A stretch of 64,000 nt of DNA from an uncultured bacterium. Its GTDB lineage: Bacteria; SAR324; NAC60-12. Positions 29,233 to 41,384 of the stretch are shown piece after piece; positions within the stretch are counted from its first letter, which is position 1, and every line of letters begins with the position of its first letter. A model generated the notes under the pieces. It was not told the DNA's origin, made no database searches, and worked only from the letters and a program-made list of their open reading frames with translations. The DNA is taken from the NCBI GenBank assembly GCA_965662235.1, contig CBFIGY010000001.1, positions 256,942 to 320,941 on the forward strand, read 5' to 3'. The position numbers and the translations under genes are program-made.

Positions 29233-29544
29233 ATGATGTCCTCAACCAAGAAAGCCCTCGCTGTTTTTCTCATCAGTTGCTCACTTTTTGCATGGACCGC
29301 TTCACCTGTTTTGGCGGCTCCGGGCGATCGTCCGGGGGCCATGGCAATGGTGGTGGATGTTCCGCTTCGGGTGCTGAGCCTGGGACTTTCCTTTGTCACG
29401 TCAGCCGTGTTTGTGGTTGCTCTCCCCTTTGCCTTCACCTCAGGAAGTACCGAAAGTGCTTGGGACACGCTAGTTGCCGAGCCCTTTGAGTTTACTTTCA
29501 CTCGTCCTCTGGGTCAGTTTGACGACTGGCGCGAGAAAAACTGA
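29233..29544 (+). CDS. small secreted / membrane-anchored hypothetical protein
   Basis: Signal peptide MMSSTKKALAVFLISCSLFAWTASPVLA, then a hydrophobic stretch. Starts directly after the xth stop codon. Confidence 0.45.
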   Translation: MMSSTKKALAVFLISCSLFAWTASPVLAAPGDRPGAMAMVVDVPLRVLSLGLSFVTSAVFVVALPFAFTSGSTESAWDTLVAEPFEFTFTRPLGQFDDWREKN

Positions 29545-29561
29545 TTTTTAAAAAGGTCACC

Positions 29562-30089
29562 ATGCGTATCTTCGCAAAAGCCCTCACCGTCGTTTTCGGA
29601 AGCCTCCTGATCGCTTCCACGGCCTCTGCCGAGCTTTTCTCCGTCAGCTTGGGAATTCCTGTCAGCCACACCTTCAGCGAAGAAGGGCTTGAATCCGATG
29701 GCACCAGCGGAGTGTTTGCCGCCGTCAAGCTTCCGATTCTGGTGGGTCTGGGTGTGGAAAACTACAGCACCGACATCAAGGGTCAGAGTCAGGACGTGAA
29801 GCTCAACACCACCATGTATGACGTCTTCTACCTACTCCCGATCCCCATCATCAACTTCACCCTCGGGGTCGGCCTAGGCAACACCGAATTCGACTGTGCC
29901 GGGTGCTCTAGCATTTATGACACGGGAACGGCCACCCAGTGGTACGGAAGCCTGGGCTTCCCCTTCCTTGGGATTGCAGACCTGCACGTGAGCTACCGCT
30001 CTGTCAGCTCCAAGATCAAAAAGACTGATGGTACTGAGACAGACGTCAGTGGTACCGTCACCGGAATTGGCGTCAGCGTCGGATTTTAA
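29562..30089 (+). CDS. small outer-membrane beta-barrel protein (paralog 1)
   Basis: Signal peptide ending ASA, alternating hydrophobic beta-strand pattern, C-terminal VSVGF with a terminal Phe. Confidence 0.6.
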   Translation: MRIFAKALTVVFGSLLIASTASAELFSVSLGIPVSHTFSEEGLESDGTSGVFAAVKLPILVGLGVENYSTDIKGQSQDVKLNTTMYDVFYLLPIPIINFTLGVGLGNTEFDCAGCSSIYDTGTATQWYGSLGFPFLGIADLHVSYRSVSSKIKKTDGTETDVSGTVTGIGVSVGF

Positions 30090-30095
30090 TCAGGT

Positions 30096-30713
30096 TTGAT
30101 CATGAAACAGCTCAAGAAACTGGTCCTGATTGGCTTTGGGCTGCTGATGGGAGGAATCGCTCACGCTCAGTTCATTGGCATCAGTGTCGATGGAGCCATT
30201 GGCTACACCGCTACCGAGAGCACGGTTTCAGGCGGAAGTGTTGACATCTCACACCCGCTTCCCTTTGTTCCCAACTTCGGTTACAGCGCCTTGAGCTTCA
30301 TTGAAGAGGTCAACCTGTTGCCCAGCACCGGAAGTGAGAGCCTCAGCTCCAAAACCACGATGACGCTGCAGAGCTACCACCTCTTTTACCACGTTCCGTT
30401 TCCTGTCGTTTCCATGGCCCTTGGCTTTGGGCTGGGCAGCGCGAACATCAAGAGCGAGATGTCCACAACGGTGTCCGGAGTCAGTGTTGCCGATGAAGCC
30501 ACTCAGGTGGTTCCTGTCAGCGAAGGCTTCATTCACATCGGCCTTCCGTTCTGGAGCATTCTGGAGTTCCACATCGGCTACCACGCCTTCTCCATGTCCA
30601 AAGTTGACGTGACCAAGAACATCGACTTTGCTCCGTCTCTGAGCAACTACACGATTGAGGAGAAGAACTACATCGGTGGCATGACCACAGTGGGCCTGCA
30701 GATCGCCTTTTGA
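30096..30713 (+). CDS. small outer-membrane beta-barrel protein (paralog 2)
   Basis: Signal peptide ending AHA and a C-terminal GLQIAF. Shares shape and motifs with the upstream gene (LGxGxG...HxxY). Confidence 0.6.
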   Translation: MIMKQLKKLVLIGFGLLMGGIAHAQFIGISVDGAIGYTATESTVSGGSVDISHPLPFVPNFGYSALSFIEEVNLLPSTGSESLSSKTTMTLQSYHLFYHVPFPVVSMALGFGLGSANIKSEMSTTVSGVSVADEATQVVPVSEGFIHIGLPFWSILEFHIGYHAFSMSKVDVTKNIDFAPSLSNYTIEEKNYIGGMTTVGLQIAF

Positions 30714-31364
30714 GTGCTCCCCTCCCCTTTTCCAGCAACGGTTGGATTTCACGTCCAACCGTGCTCTTCCCCTTTCGTTAGCCTCCCGGAAGAAGTTCAA
30801 TCCATTTCGCACGTTCGTTCGGAAAGCCGCCGACAGGAGTTTCTGGCAGGACGCGCCTGTGTCCATCGCGCCTTCGAACAGATCGGACACCCGGTGGTTC
30901 CTCTCCCATACGATCCTTCCACACGCATCCCTTGTTGGCCTCCGGAGGTCCGGGGCAGCCTCTCGCACTCTGGCGGAGTCGCAGTCGCCGCAGTCGCTTG
31001 GTCCCGGGAGTGCTGGGGGATTGGGCTTGATCTCGAGTTTCTCCCCCGGACTGTTCACTCAGGAATCTCCCGGCACATCTGCACGCCTCAGGAGCTTGAC
31101 GTCTGGAACGCCCTTCCTGCCGAACAACAGGACGAGCACCTGAAGCTCCTCTTTTCTGCAAAGGAGACGATCTACAAAAGCCTCCATCCACAGCTTCGGG
31201 TTCCCATTGGCTTTCAAGACGCCGACCTTCGTTTTGAGGAAGCCCGCTTTCACTTCACCCTGACTCGGTCCCTGGCCCCCGGATTTCCAGCAGGGTTCAC
31301 CGCCTGGGGAAAGTGGCACCAGACCTCGGATTTCATCCTCACGTCGCTGTTGATCCCAATTTAA
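30714..31364 (+). CDS. 4'-phosphopantetheinyl transferase (Sfp/EntD type)
   Basis: WGIGLDLEF and FSAKETIYKSLHP match the PPTase motifs. GTG start immediately after the upstream stop codon. Confidence 0.7.
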   Translation: MLPSPFPATVGFHVQPCSSPFVSLPEEVQSISHVRSESRRQEFLAGRACVHRAFEQIGHPVVPLPYDPSTRIPCWPPEVRGSLSHSGGVAVAAVAWSRECWGIGLDLEFLPRTVHSGISRHICTPQELDVWNALPAEQQDEHLKLLFSAKETIYKSLHPQLRVPIGFQDADLRFEEARFHFTLTRSLAPGFPAGFTAWGKWHQTSDFILTSLLIPI

Positions 31365-31610
31365 TTTCAGTAGGTTAGCTGAGTTCTGAACAGAGCTTCG
31401 ACAAACCTTCGACAGGTATCGACAATTTATCGACACCCTGTCTGAGAGTATTGGGTTTTTTCAGACGATTTGGTATCGTGACAGGTCTCAATTGTTGATA
31501 TCAACACCCCTTCAAAAATCCGGATTCCCCAAAAATCATTTGAATTCAGATTCTTGGAGAGTTTTCGACAGAATCGACACCCTCTACTGACACTAATCTA
31601 ATAAGGACTA
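31365..31610. other. candidate chromosomal replication origin (oriC) upstream of dnaN
   Basis: Four TCGACA boxes at 31398, 31409, 31419 and 31430 (10-11 bp phasing), each within a (T)TATCGACA-like DnaA-box variant. Two more lie at 31565 and 31574. The 14-bp palindrome TGTTGATATCAACA is at 31493-31506, and an AT-rich stretch runs up to the dnaN ATG. Confidence 0.45.
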
Positions 31611-32726
31611 ATGGAAATCTTAATTAAACAGGAAGTACTGAAGGGGGCTCTTCAGAACCTGATCTCGGTGATTGATAAAAGTTCAGCCAAGCCGATCCTG
31701 TCGAATTTCCTCATGCAGGCTCTTCCGGAAGAGGGGGTGGTCGAGTTTCAGGCCACCGATCATGAGCTGTCTCTGATTGAGCGCTTCCCTGCCAAGGTGA
31801 ATGCCGGTGGAAGCATGTGCGTCAACGCCCGCAAGATGTACGACATCAGCCGGGAGTTCCAGGAAGATGAAGTCAAGATTCAGTCCACCGAGCAGCTCTG
31901 GATTCACGTTAGCTGCGGAAAGTCTCAGCTCCGGTTGCCTTCAGTGGACGTGGGGCTCTACCCCCAAACGGCCATGGAAGACCTGGCTGGAAAGGCGACG
32001 GTCTCAGTGGAGAGCCTCAAACGGGCCATTGACATGACGCTGTTTGCTGCACAGACCAATGAATCTCGCCGGAACCTGATGGGGGTGAACCTGTCTTCCA
32101 AAGAAGGAGCCACCCGCTGGCTGGCCACCGATGGTCATCGTCTAGCGCAGATGCTGTTGCCGGTGGAATCGTTGGCAATGGGAGAGGTGGAGGATGTCAT
32201 CATTCCCCGAAAGGCGCTCAATGAGGTCCGGCGTTCAGCAGACCTGTTTGGCGAACAGGTTCAGATCTCGTTTGACGAGCGGGTGATGCAGTTTTCCGGA
32301 GAGTCCATTGTCTACAAGGCCCGGCTCATTGAGGGAAAGTTCCCCAACTGCGACCCGATCATTCCCAAAGACAACGCACTGATTGTCACCGTTGAGCGAG
32401 AGCGCCTGATGAATTCGCTGCGGATCGTTTCGTCTATCAGCGCTGAGAAGCTCAAGCCCGTTAAGATTACCCTTGGTCCAAACCGGATGCTGCTGGAAAG
32501 CGAGAAGACCGACTACGGAGAAGTCAGTGACGAGCTGGAGGCGACCTATGAAGGGGAGGACTTTCAGATTGGCTTCAACTCCCGCTACCTGCTGGACGTC
32601 CTGAGTGTCATGGAAGCGGAGAAGGTGCAGATGGAGTTCAAGAACCCCATGAGCCCGACGGTCTTGCGGGAATCCGGAAAGAATGAGTTCCTGTCGGTGA
32701 TCATGCCCTTGCGAATTGAATGGTAA
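31611..32726 (+). CDS. dnaN: DNA polymerase III subunit beta (sliding clamp)
   Basis: 371 aa with the three-domain beta-clamp pattern. ATG at 31611 preceded by the AT-rich region. Confidence 0.9.
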   Translation: MEILIKQEVLKGALQNLISVIDKSSAKPILSNFLMQALPEEGVVEFQATDHELSLIERFPAKVNAGGSMCVNARKMYDISREFQEDEVKIQSTEQLWIHVSCGKSQLRLPSVDVGLYPQTAMEDLAGKATVSVESLKRAIDMTLFAAQTNESRRNLMGVNLSSKEGATRWLATDGHRLAQMLLPVESLAMGEVEDVIIPRKALNEVRRSADLFGEQVQISFDERVMQFSGESIVYKARLIEGKFPNCDPIIPKDNALIVTVERERLMNSLRIVSSISAEKLKPVKITLGPNRMLLESEKTDYGEVSDELEATYEGEDFQIGFNSRYLLDVLSVMEAEKVQMEFKNPMSPTVLRESGKNEFLSVIMPLRIEW

Positions 32727-33784
32727 TTCGGGAACTGGAGCTTTCCTGCTTCCGTAATTATCAGCAGCAGCAGGTCTCCTTCAGTCCCGGTGTGAACTGG
32801 ATTTCCGGACGCAACGGACAGGGTAAGACCAATCTGGTGGAAGCCGTTCACTACCTCTGCAACCTGGAATCCTTCCGGACCCGGAAACTCACTCAGCTCA
32901 TTCAGGCGTCCGAGTCTCTCGCAGCACTGACCGCACAGATTGAAAGCCGAGAGGTGCTTCGGCACTGCCGCATCGCTATCACGTCAAAGGGGCGTCAGGT
33001 GTTTCTGGACCGTCAGCCCCTCCAGCGCGTTTCTGAGTACGTGCTGGCCTTCATGGCCCTCATCTTTACTCCGGAAGACGTCAACCTCTTTCGCAGCCTC
33101 CCCGGAGAGCGGAGACGGTTTTTCAACCGCATCCTTTCCTTCCTCGACCCCGTTCACCTGGAAGCCCTGCAGCAGTACGCTCAGGCGCTGGCTCAGAAAA
33201 ATGCGCTGCTGAAGCAGCATTCGCCTGGAAACCTATCGGTCTGGAATGAGCTGCTGGTCCGCTATGGTGTTGTTTTAACACGAAAACGTCGTGCGTTTGT
33301 GGAGCTCCTGAACCCCTTGCTGGGGGAGGCGTTTCGAAACATGTCCGGACGGTCTGAAACGCTGCTTCTGGAGTACCTGCCCAGCCTTTCTGAAGAAGAA
33401 GCTCAGGCTCAAAAGCAACTGGAAGAAGGGCGGCACCGAGAGCAGCACTATGGCCACGCGCTGCTGGGACCTCACCGGGATGATTTTCGTTTAAGCCTAG
33501 ACGGAAAACCGGATCGAGAGTTCTTTTCCCAAGGTGAGTTTCGACTGACAAATTTGTCTTTGAAGATTGCCATAAATGCGGTATTATCAGAAAGATATGG
33601 TTATCAGCCAGCCTTGATTCTAGATGACCTCTTTTCGGAGCTGGATCCTTTGATCTGCCAAGGGGTTTTGACCCACTTGGGTCAGCTGAACAATCAGGTC
33701 TTCATCACTTCGACGAGTCATCCTTCGCCGCAATCCTTCCCGATTCAGACCTTTCGTATCGAGCACGGCTTTTTGCAGTCCTGA
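32720..33784 (+). CDS. recF: DNA replication and repair protein RecF
   Basis: Walker A GRNGQGKTN and signature LSEGEF-type region. Overlaps the dnaN stop. Confidence 0.9.
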   Translation: MVIRELELSCFRNYQQQQVSFSPGVNWISGRNGQGKTNLVEAVHYLCNLESFRTRKLTQLIQASESLAALTAQIESREVLRHCRIAITSKGRQVFLDRQPLQRVSEYVLAFMALIFTPEDVNLFRSLPGERRRFFNRILSFLDPVHLEALQQYAQALAQKNALLKQHSPGNLSVWNELLVRYGVVLTRKRRAFVELLNPLLGEAFRNMSGRSETLLLEYLPSLSEEEAQAQKQLEEGRHREQHYGHALLGPHRDDFRLSLDGKPDREFFSQGEFRLTNLSLKIAINAVLSERYGYQPALILDDLFSELDPLICQGVLTHLGQLNNQVFITSTSHPSPQSFPIQTFRIEHGFLQS

Positions 33785-33815
33785 GGAGTCAGGAAAGTCG
33801 CTTCGGCAACCCTAG

Positions 33816-36244
<2,429 letters not shown>

Positions 36245-36245
<1 letters not shown>

Positions 36246-37600
36246 TGGCAAAAAGCTATGCCGTGGTCGCCATTGTCGGGCGACCCAATGTGGGAAAGTC
36301 GTCTCTGTTCAACCGCCTAGTGGGACGTCGAACCGCTATTGTGGAAGACACTCCTGGAGTCACCCGGGACCGAAACTATGGAATGGCCAAGTACGGGCCC
36401 CATCGGTTTTTGGTGATTGACACCGGAGGCTTTGAGCCACTTTCCGAAGACAACGTCATGAAGCAAATGCGCGAGCAGGCGCTTCTGGCAGTGGAGGAAG
36501 CCGACGCCATCATCCAGCTAGTGGACGCCCGAGAGGGCATGACGCCTGCGGATGAAGAGGTCTACCGGGCCTTGAGTCAGTCGGAAAAGCCATTGGTGGT
36601 TGCGGCAAACAAGGTGGACAATTCCCGCTTGGAAGACGAAAGCACCGAGTTTTACGCGCTTGGCCTGGAACGCCTGTTCTCGATTTCAGTCCTCCACAAC
36701 ACCGGCATTCTGGAACTGCTGGACGAGGTGCACTTCTGGGTGCCTCTGAAAGGCAGCAAGGAGAAGGTGGAGGATGGAACCGTCCGGGTTGCGGTGATTG
36801 GCAAGCCCAACGCCGGAAAGTCTTCCCTGGTCAATGCCATGCTCCGGGAAGAGCGGATGGTGGTGGATGCAATTGCTGGAACCACTCGGGATGCAGTGGA
36901 CTCCTTCTGTCGCTACCATGGCCGGGACTTCAAGCTGGTTGATACCGCCGGAATCCGTCGCAAGGGCCGGGTCAGTCAGAAGATTGAAACCTACAGCGTG
37001 GTCTCGGCGCTCAAGTCCATGGAGCGGGCAGAGGTTGCGGTGCTGGTGATTGACGCAACAGAAGGCGTCACAGAGCAGGTGGCGCACATCGCGGGGTACG
37101 CGCTGGAGCGCAAGCGGGCGTTGGTGCTTGTGGTCAACAAGTGGGACCTGATTGAAAAAGACGGCAAGACGATGAAGCACTTTGAGGAAGAGGTCCGGGA
37201 CCGCCTAGCGTTCGTTGACTTTGCCCCCATGCTGTTTGTCAGCGCCAAAACCCTGCAGCGTGTTCCCAAGGTTTTTGAGGCGATCCTCAGCGTTTATGAA
37301 CAGTTCTACCGGCGAATTCAGACCTCAGACCTGAACACGGTTTTGGAGATGGTGGTGGGCAAGCATCCGCCTCCTTCCATGTATGGTCGGCAAACCAAGG
37401 TGTACTTCGGCAGTCAGGTCAGTGTGGCGCCCCCAACGTTTGTGCTCATGACCAATCATCCGGAGAAGACCAACTATTCTTACGAACGCTACATGGTCAA
37501 CCAGTTCCGTTACCACTTCGGATTCGAAGGGACTCCGTTGAGCATCATCTGGCGTAAGAAGCACACGGAGCGTCCGGACCGTCGCTCCGCGAAAAAGTGA
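36245..37600 (+). CDS. der: ribosome biogenesis GTPase Der (EngA)
   Basis: Two tandem GTPase domains (GRPNVGKSSLFN and GKPNAGKSSLVN) plus a KH-like C-terminus. TGATG overlap with gyrB. Confidence 0.9.
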
Positions 37601-37603
37601 GCA

Positions 37604-38764
37604 ATGACGCACTTCCTCTGGAAAGGTTCTGATTTTTCAGGGAAGGACCTCGAAGGGGCAGAAGAAAGTGCCTCCGCCACAACCCTCCGTCATCACCTCC
37701 ACGCTCAAGGGGTGTACCGCATCAGGCTGCACCCCCTCTACGCCTTTTCCTGGAAGCATCCCCTCTCAGAAGCCCAAATCATCGACTGGTTGGAGCAACT
37801 TCAGCAGCTGCTCCAGGCTCACCTGCGCCTGACGGAGGCCATCAGCCTGATTGCGGAAACCCGCCGCAACCCGCTGCTCCGGTACCGGTGGCGACGGATG
37901 CATCAGGCCCTGAACTCCGGGCAGGCATTCAGTGAGGCGCTGGAACGGTTCGGAGGCATGCCCAGGTGGGTGACTCAGCTGATTCGGGTGGCAGAGGCAA
38001 CGGATCGGCTTCCGGACGTGCTGAAGGGGCTGGTCGAGTTCTATCAGTTCAAACGAGAGGTGGCTCAGGAGCGTCAGAAGGTGGCAAGCTACCCGCTCCT
38101 TGTCCTCACCAGCTTCCTGTTCATCACCTTGGGAATCCTCCTCTTCATCATTCCCATGTTTCACCGCATTTATCAGCGCTTTGGGACTGATCTGTTTTGG
38201 GGAACGGCTTTGCTGCAGAGCCTGAGCAATGGACTCCGCGGGCATCCGTTGCTTGCTGCCGGAGTGGCCGGAGGCATCGCTGGTGCCGGGGTGTGGTATC
38301 ACCGGCAAGGAGAAGGGTTCTGGCGCTGGCTTCCGGGAGGCGCTCGTCTGGTCCGGGAGAGCCGGCTCATGTTCTACAGTACGGCCATGAACCTGCTGCT
38401 GCGCTCTCGTTTGAATCTGCAGGAAGCCCTCCCGCTGGCAACGGAACTGCTAGGACCCCAGCATCATTCGCTGCAAAAGGTTCGAGAAGAACTGCTTGCG
38501 GGCGTCGCGCCAGCAGAGGCCTTTCGTCATGCTTCTTGGGCCTCTGCTTCCTTCTTGAGAATGGTGGCGCTCGCTGATGAAAGCGGGAACCTGGCTGAAG
38601 GGTTCCGGCAGCACAGCCTCTCCCTGAGGGACCAACTCAAGGTCCGGATGAACTGGATGAATGCGCTGCTGGGACCGTTGCTGATGCTAGGGGTTGCGCT
38701 GGGGGTGCTGTTCATCTTGCTTTCGGTGTACCTTCCCCTGTTCCGGGTGGTGGACTACTACTGA
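37604..38764 (+). CDS. type II secretion system / type IV pilus platform protein F-family (GspF/PilC-like), orphan
   Basis: Two T2SSF-type repeats with three TM segments (LLVLTSFLFITLGILLFIIP..., LLGPLLMLGVALGVLFILLSVYLPLF). Confidence 0.75.
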   Translation: MTHFLWKGSDFSGKDLEGAEESASATTLRHHLHAQGVYRIRLHPLYAFSWKHPLSEAQIIDWLEQLQQLLQAHLRLTEAISLIAETRRNPLLRYRWRRMHQALNSGQAFSEALERFGGMPRWVTQLIRVAEATDRLPDVLKGLVEFYQFKREVAQERQKVASYPLLVLTSFLFITLGILLFIIPMFHRIYQRFGTDLFWGTALLQSLSNGLRGHPLLAAGVAGGIAGAGVWYHRQGEGFWRWLPGGARLVRESRLMFYSTAMNLLLRSRLNLQEALPLATELLGPQHHSLQKVREELLAGVAPAEAFRHASWASASFLRMVALADESGNLAEGFRQHSLSLRDQLKVRMNWMNALLGPLLMLGVALGVLFILLSVYLPLFRVVDYY

Positions 38765-38766
38765 GT

Positions 38767-39657
38767 TCAGGGGCTGGCGCGGTTGACCTTGCTCTGAGAG
38801 GGCTTCCCAATTGCCTGACAGATGAAGCGCCCGGTTTCAATGAGCTGGGGCAGGTTGAGTCCTGTTTCAACCTCTAGCCCCTGAAGCAGGTAAACAACGT
38901 CTTCTGTGGCCACATTTCCACTGGCACCTTGCGCATACGGGCATCCTCCGAGCCCAGAAACAGAGGCATCAATCACCTGCACTCCCACTTCGAGTCCGGC
39001 ATACAGATTGGCCAGGGCCTGTCCTCGGGTGTCGTGAAAGTGCAGCGCCAGCTGATCCAGAGGCACTTCCTGAGCAACGGCTTCAATGAGGCGCTGAGCC
39101 TTCCGGGGCGTTCCCAGACCAATGGTATCTCCGAGCGAAATCTCGTAGCATCCCAAGCGCGTCAGTTCCTTTGCCAGAGCCACCACTGCCTCCGGCGCCA
39201 CTGCTCCCTCGTATGGGCATCCCAGCACACAGGAAATGTACCCGCGGACGGGAAGGTCCAGTCCCCGCGCTTGCTCCAGAATGGGACGGAAGCGCTCCAG
39301 CGATTCCTCAATGGAGCAGTTGAGGTTCTTCTGAGAGAAGGTCTCAGAGGCGGCTGCAAAGACCGCCACTTCCTGAGCGTCAGCCTCCAAGGCCCGTTGA
39401 AAGCCCTGCAGGTTGGGTGTCAGGACAGAAAGCTGCACTCCCGGAAGGGGGCCGACCTGCTGCAGCACCTGAGAGGCGTCTCGCATCTGCGGCACCCACT
39501 TGGGACTGACGAAGCTTGCAGCCTCAATCGCTGTCAGTCCACACTGCGCAAGCTTCCGGATGAACTCGACCTTGATGTCGGTGGCCACCCAGACGGCTTC
39601 ATTCTGCAGCCCGTCCCGGGGGCCGACTTCAACGATTTTGACAAATTCAGGCAACAT
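38767..39657 (-). CDS. hydroxymethylglutaryl-CoA lyase
   Basis: FVKIVEVGPRDGLQNE and TIM-barrel HMGL-like motifs. Start trimmed to ATG 39657 (MLPEFVK). Confidence 0.8.
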   Translation of the reverse strand: MLPEFVKIVEVGPRDGLQNEAVWVATDIKVEFIRKLAQCGLTAIEAASFVSPKWVPQMRDASQVLQQVGPLPGVQLSVLTPNLQGFQRALEADAQEVAVFAAASETFSQKNLNCSIEESLERFRPILEQARGLDLPVRGYISCVLGCPYEGAVAPEAVVALAKELTRLGCYEISLGDTIGLGTPRKAQRLIEAVAQEVPLDQLALHFHDTRGQALANLYAGLEVGVQVIDASVSGLGGCPYAQGASGNVATEDVVYLLQGLEVETGLNLPQLIETGRFICQAIGKPSQSKVNRASP

Positions 39658-39866
39658 GGCTTCTGGCTCAGTGGTCGGTGAAGAAAAAATCCTTCCAAAA
39701 TCCGGGAACGTTTCCCAGAGGAAAGAGGCGGGCCCAGAGGGCAACGGGCCTCGGATGACTTGGAAAAAGCTTGAAGCTCTCCCGGATATTTCTTAAAAAT
39801 CAATGTTTGCCTCCGTTTATCTTTAAGCATTTCAATCCCTGACCTCACTTCCGTAAACGGGCTCCC

Positions 39867-41375
39867 TTGCTCTGTCGAGACTCACTTTCAAAAGCACTCC
39901 TTAGCCTCACGCTGCTCCTCTCCCTCTCCCCCACTTTGAGCATTGCCCAAACGAACTTCATTCCCCTGGAACGAGGCGATGTGCGGGAACGGGAGGAGCG
40001 CCTGATGTTCACGCCTGGGGTCCAGCTTTCAGGCGACTTTCGCTTCCGGACCAGCCTGATCAGTGGATCGGAGCTTCCGGAGTCCCGCCCTGGCACCAAC
40101 TCTCCTGAAGAGTTCTCATTCGACCAGGACGTCCGGCTCAAGATGCAGACCATTGTGCACCCGATGACCACAATGGTGCTGGAGCTGGCCACTGCTCAGG
40201 AACCTTATTACCAGTCGGACCTCCGGGACTCCAGCGCCAACCGCGTGGGAGAACCGGACTCTCAGACGATCGCGCTGACGGCCCGCCAGTCGTACCTGGA
40301 CCTAAACTTCAACCCCCGGAACACCCTGCGGATTGGCAAGCAGGAGGTCAACGTGGGAGACCGACGCGGAAAGGTCTTTAACGGCGTGTTGACCGGATTT
40401 GCTCAGCCCAAGTGCCGCACCGGGACCTGGTGCTACGAGTTCGGAGGCTACAAGCTTTCAACCGCAGACTCTGATTGGCTCTATTCGCTTTCATTGGACT
40501 ACCCCTTTGTCTATCAGGTGGATGCCAATGACAATCCTCTGAACGTCATTCGCGCCGAGCTGTTCCGCATCAAGTACACCGAGCATGACATTCCGGTAGG
40601 AGCCCACCTGCACCCTGCCATGCGTCCGACAGATGACAACAGCACTGCAGGATTGTTCACCACCAGCACCGGAGATGCGCTTTACTACAATGCGCATGAG
40701 CAGGAATACTTCGGAATTCGCTTTCTCTGGGACACCCCAGGCTTCCGGTTCTACTTTGACGCCACGTCCAACATCGGAAACCGCCGCTACTTCGTGGCGT
40801 CTGATCGCAACACTCAGGAGCCTTACAAGGTCCGTGGAGTGGCCACCGAGTGGGAGCTGACCTACAAAACCCGAGACGGCGAGCTTAGCCTGCTGTTCAT
40901 GGGAGCGCAAGGGGACAAGGAGCTTGACAATCAGACTGCGAACTACCAACGGGCTCTGGAAGGCTACTACGAAATTGTTCCGGGAACGTACCAAGGGACC
41001 CAGTTCTACTTCAATGGGGGCAGCACCGACCTGAACAGCGGAACCGGACTGGGGCATTCAATCAACAACACTCAGCTGCTCGGACTGCGTTACCTGTATC
41101 GGGTTCCGGAGAGCGACCTGATTTACCACTTTGGGCTGTACCAGCTGAAGCACCTGCAGCCGGTTCTGAGCACAGAAGGCAACCCGGTCAAAGAGATTGG
41201 GGTGGAGTGGGACAACACCTTCTCCTTTCCGCTGGCCAAGCACGTCAAGGCCGACTTGGACCTCAACGTGTTCCAGATGGCCCCAGCCTTCCGGTACCGA
41301 GACGCCGATGCGCCCCTTGGGAAAAATGGCGAGCTGCTGACCCACGTGGCCGGACGCCTGATTTACTCATTCTGA
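39867..41375 (+). CDS. outer-membrane beta-barrel protein (putative porin)
   Basis: TTG start and signal peptide ...LSPTLSIAQT. 502 aa rich in alternating aromatic strands, with C-terminal GRLIYSF. Confidence 0.5.
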   Translation: MLCRDSLSKALLSLTLLLSLSPTLSIAQTNFIPLERGDVREREERLMFTPGVQLSGDFRFRTSLISGSELPESRPGTNSPEEFSFDQDVRLKMQTIVHPMTTMVLELATAQEPYYQSDLRDSSANRVGEPDSQTIALTARQSYLDLNFNPRNTLRIGKQEVNVGDRRGKVFNGVLTGFAQPKCRTGTWCYEFGGYKLSTADSDWLYSLSLDYPFVYQVDANDNPLNVIRAELFRIKYTEHDIPVGAHLHPAMRPTDDNSTAGLFTTSTGDALYYNAHEQEYFGIRFLWDTPGFRFYFDATSNIGNRRYFVASDRNTQEPYKVRGVATEWELTYKTRDGELSLLFMGAQGDKELDNQTANYQRALEGYYEIVPGTYQGTQFYFNGGSTDLNSGTGLGHSINNTQLLGLRYLYRVPESDLIYHFGLYQLKHLQPVLSTEGNPVKEIGVEWDNTFSFPLAKHVKADLDLNVFQMAPAFRYRDADAPLGKNGELLTHVAGRLIYSF

Positions 41376-41384
41376 CGGAACACC

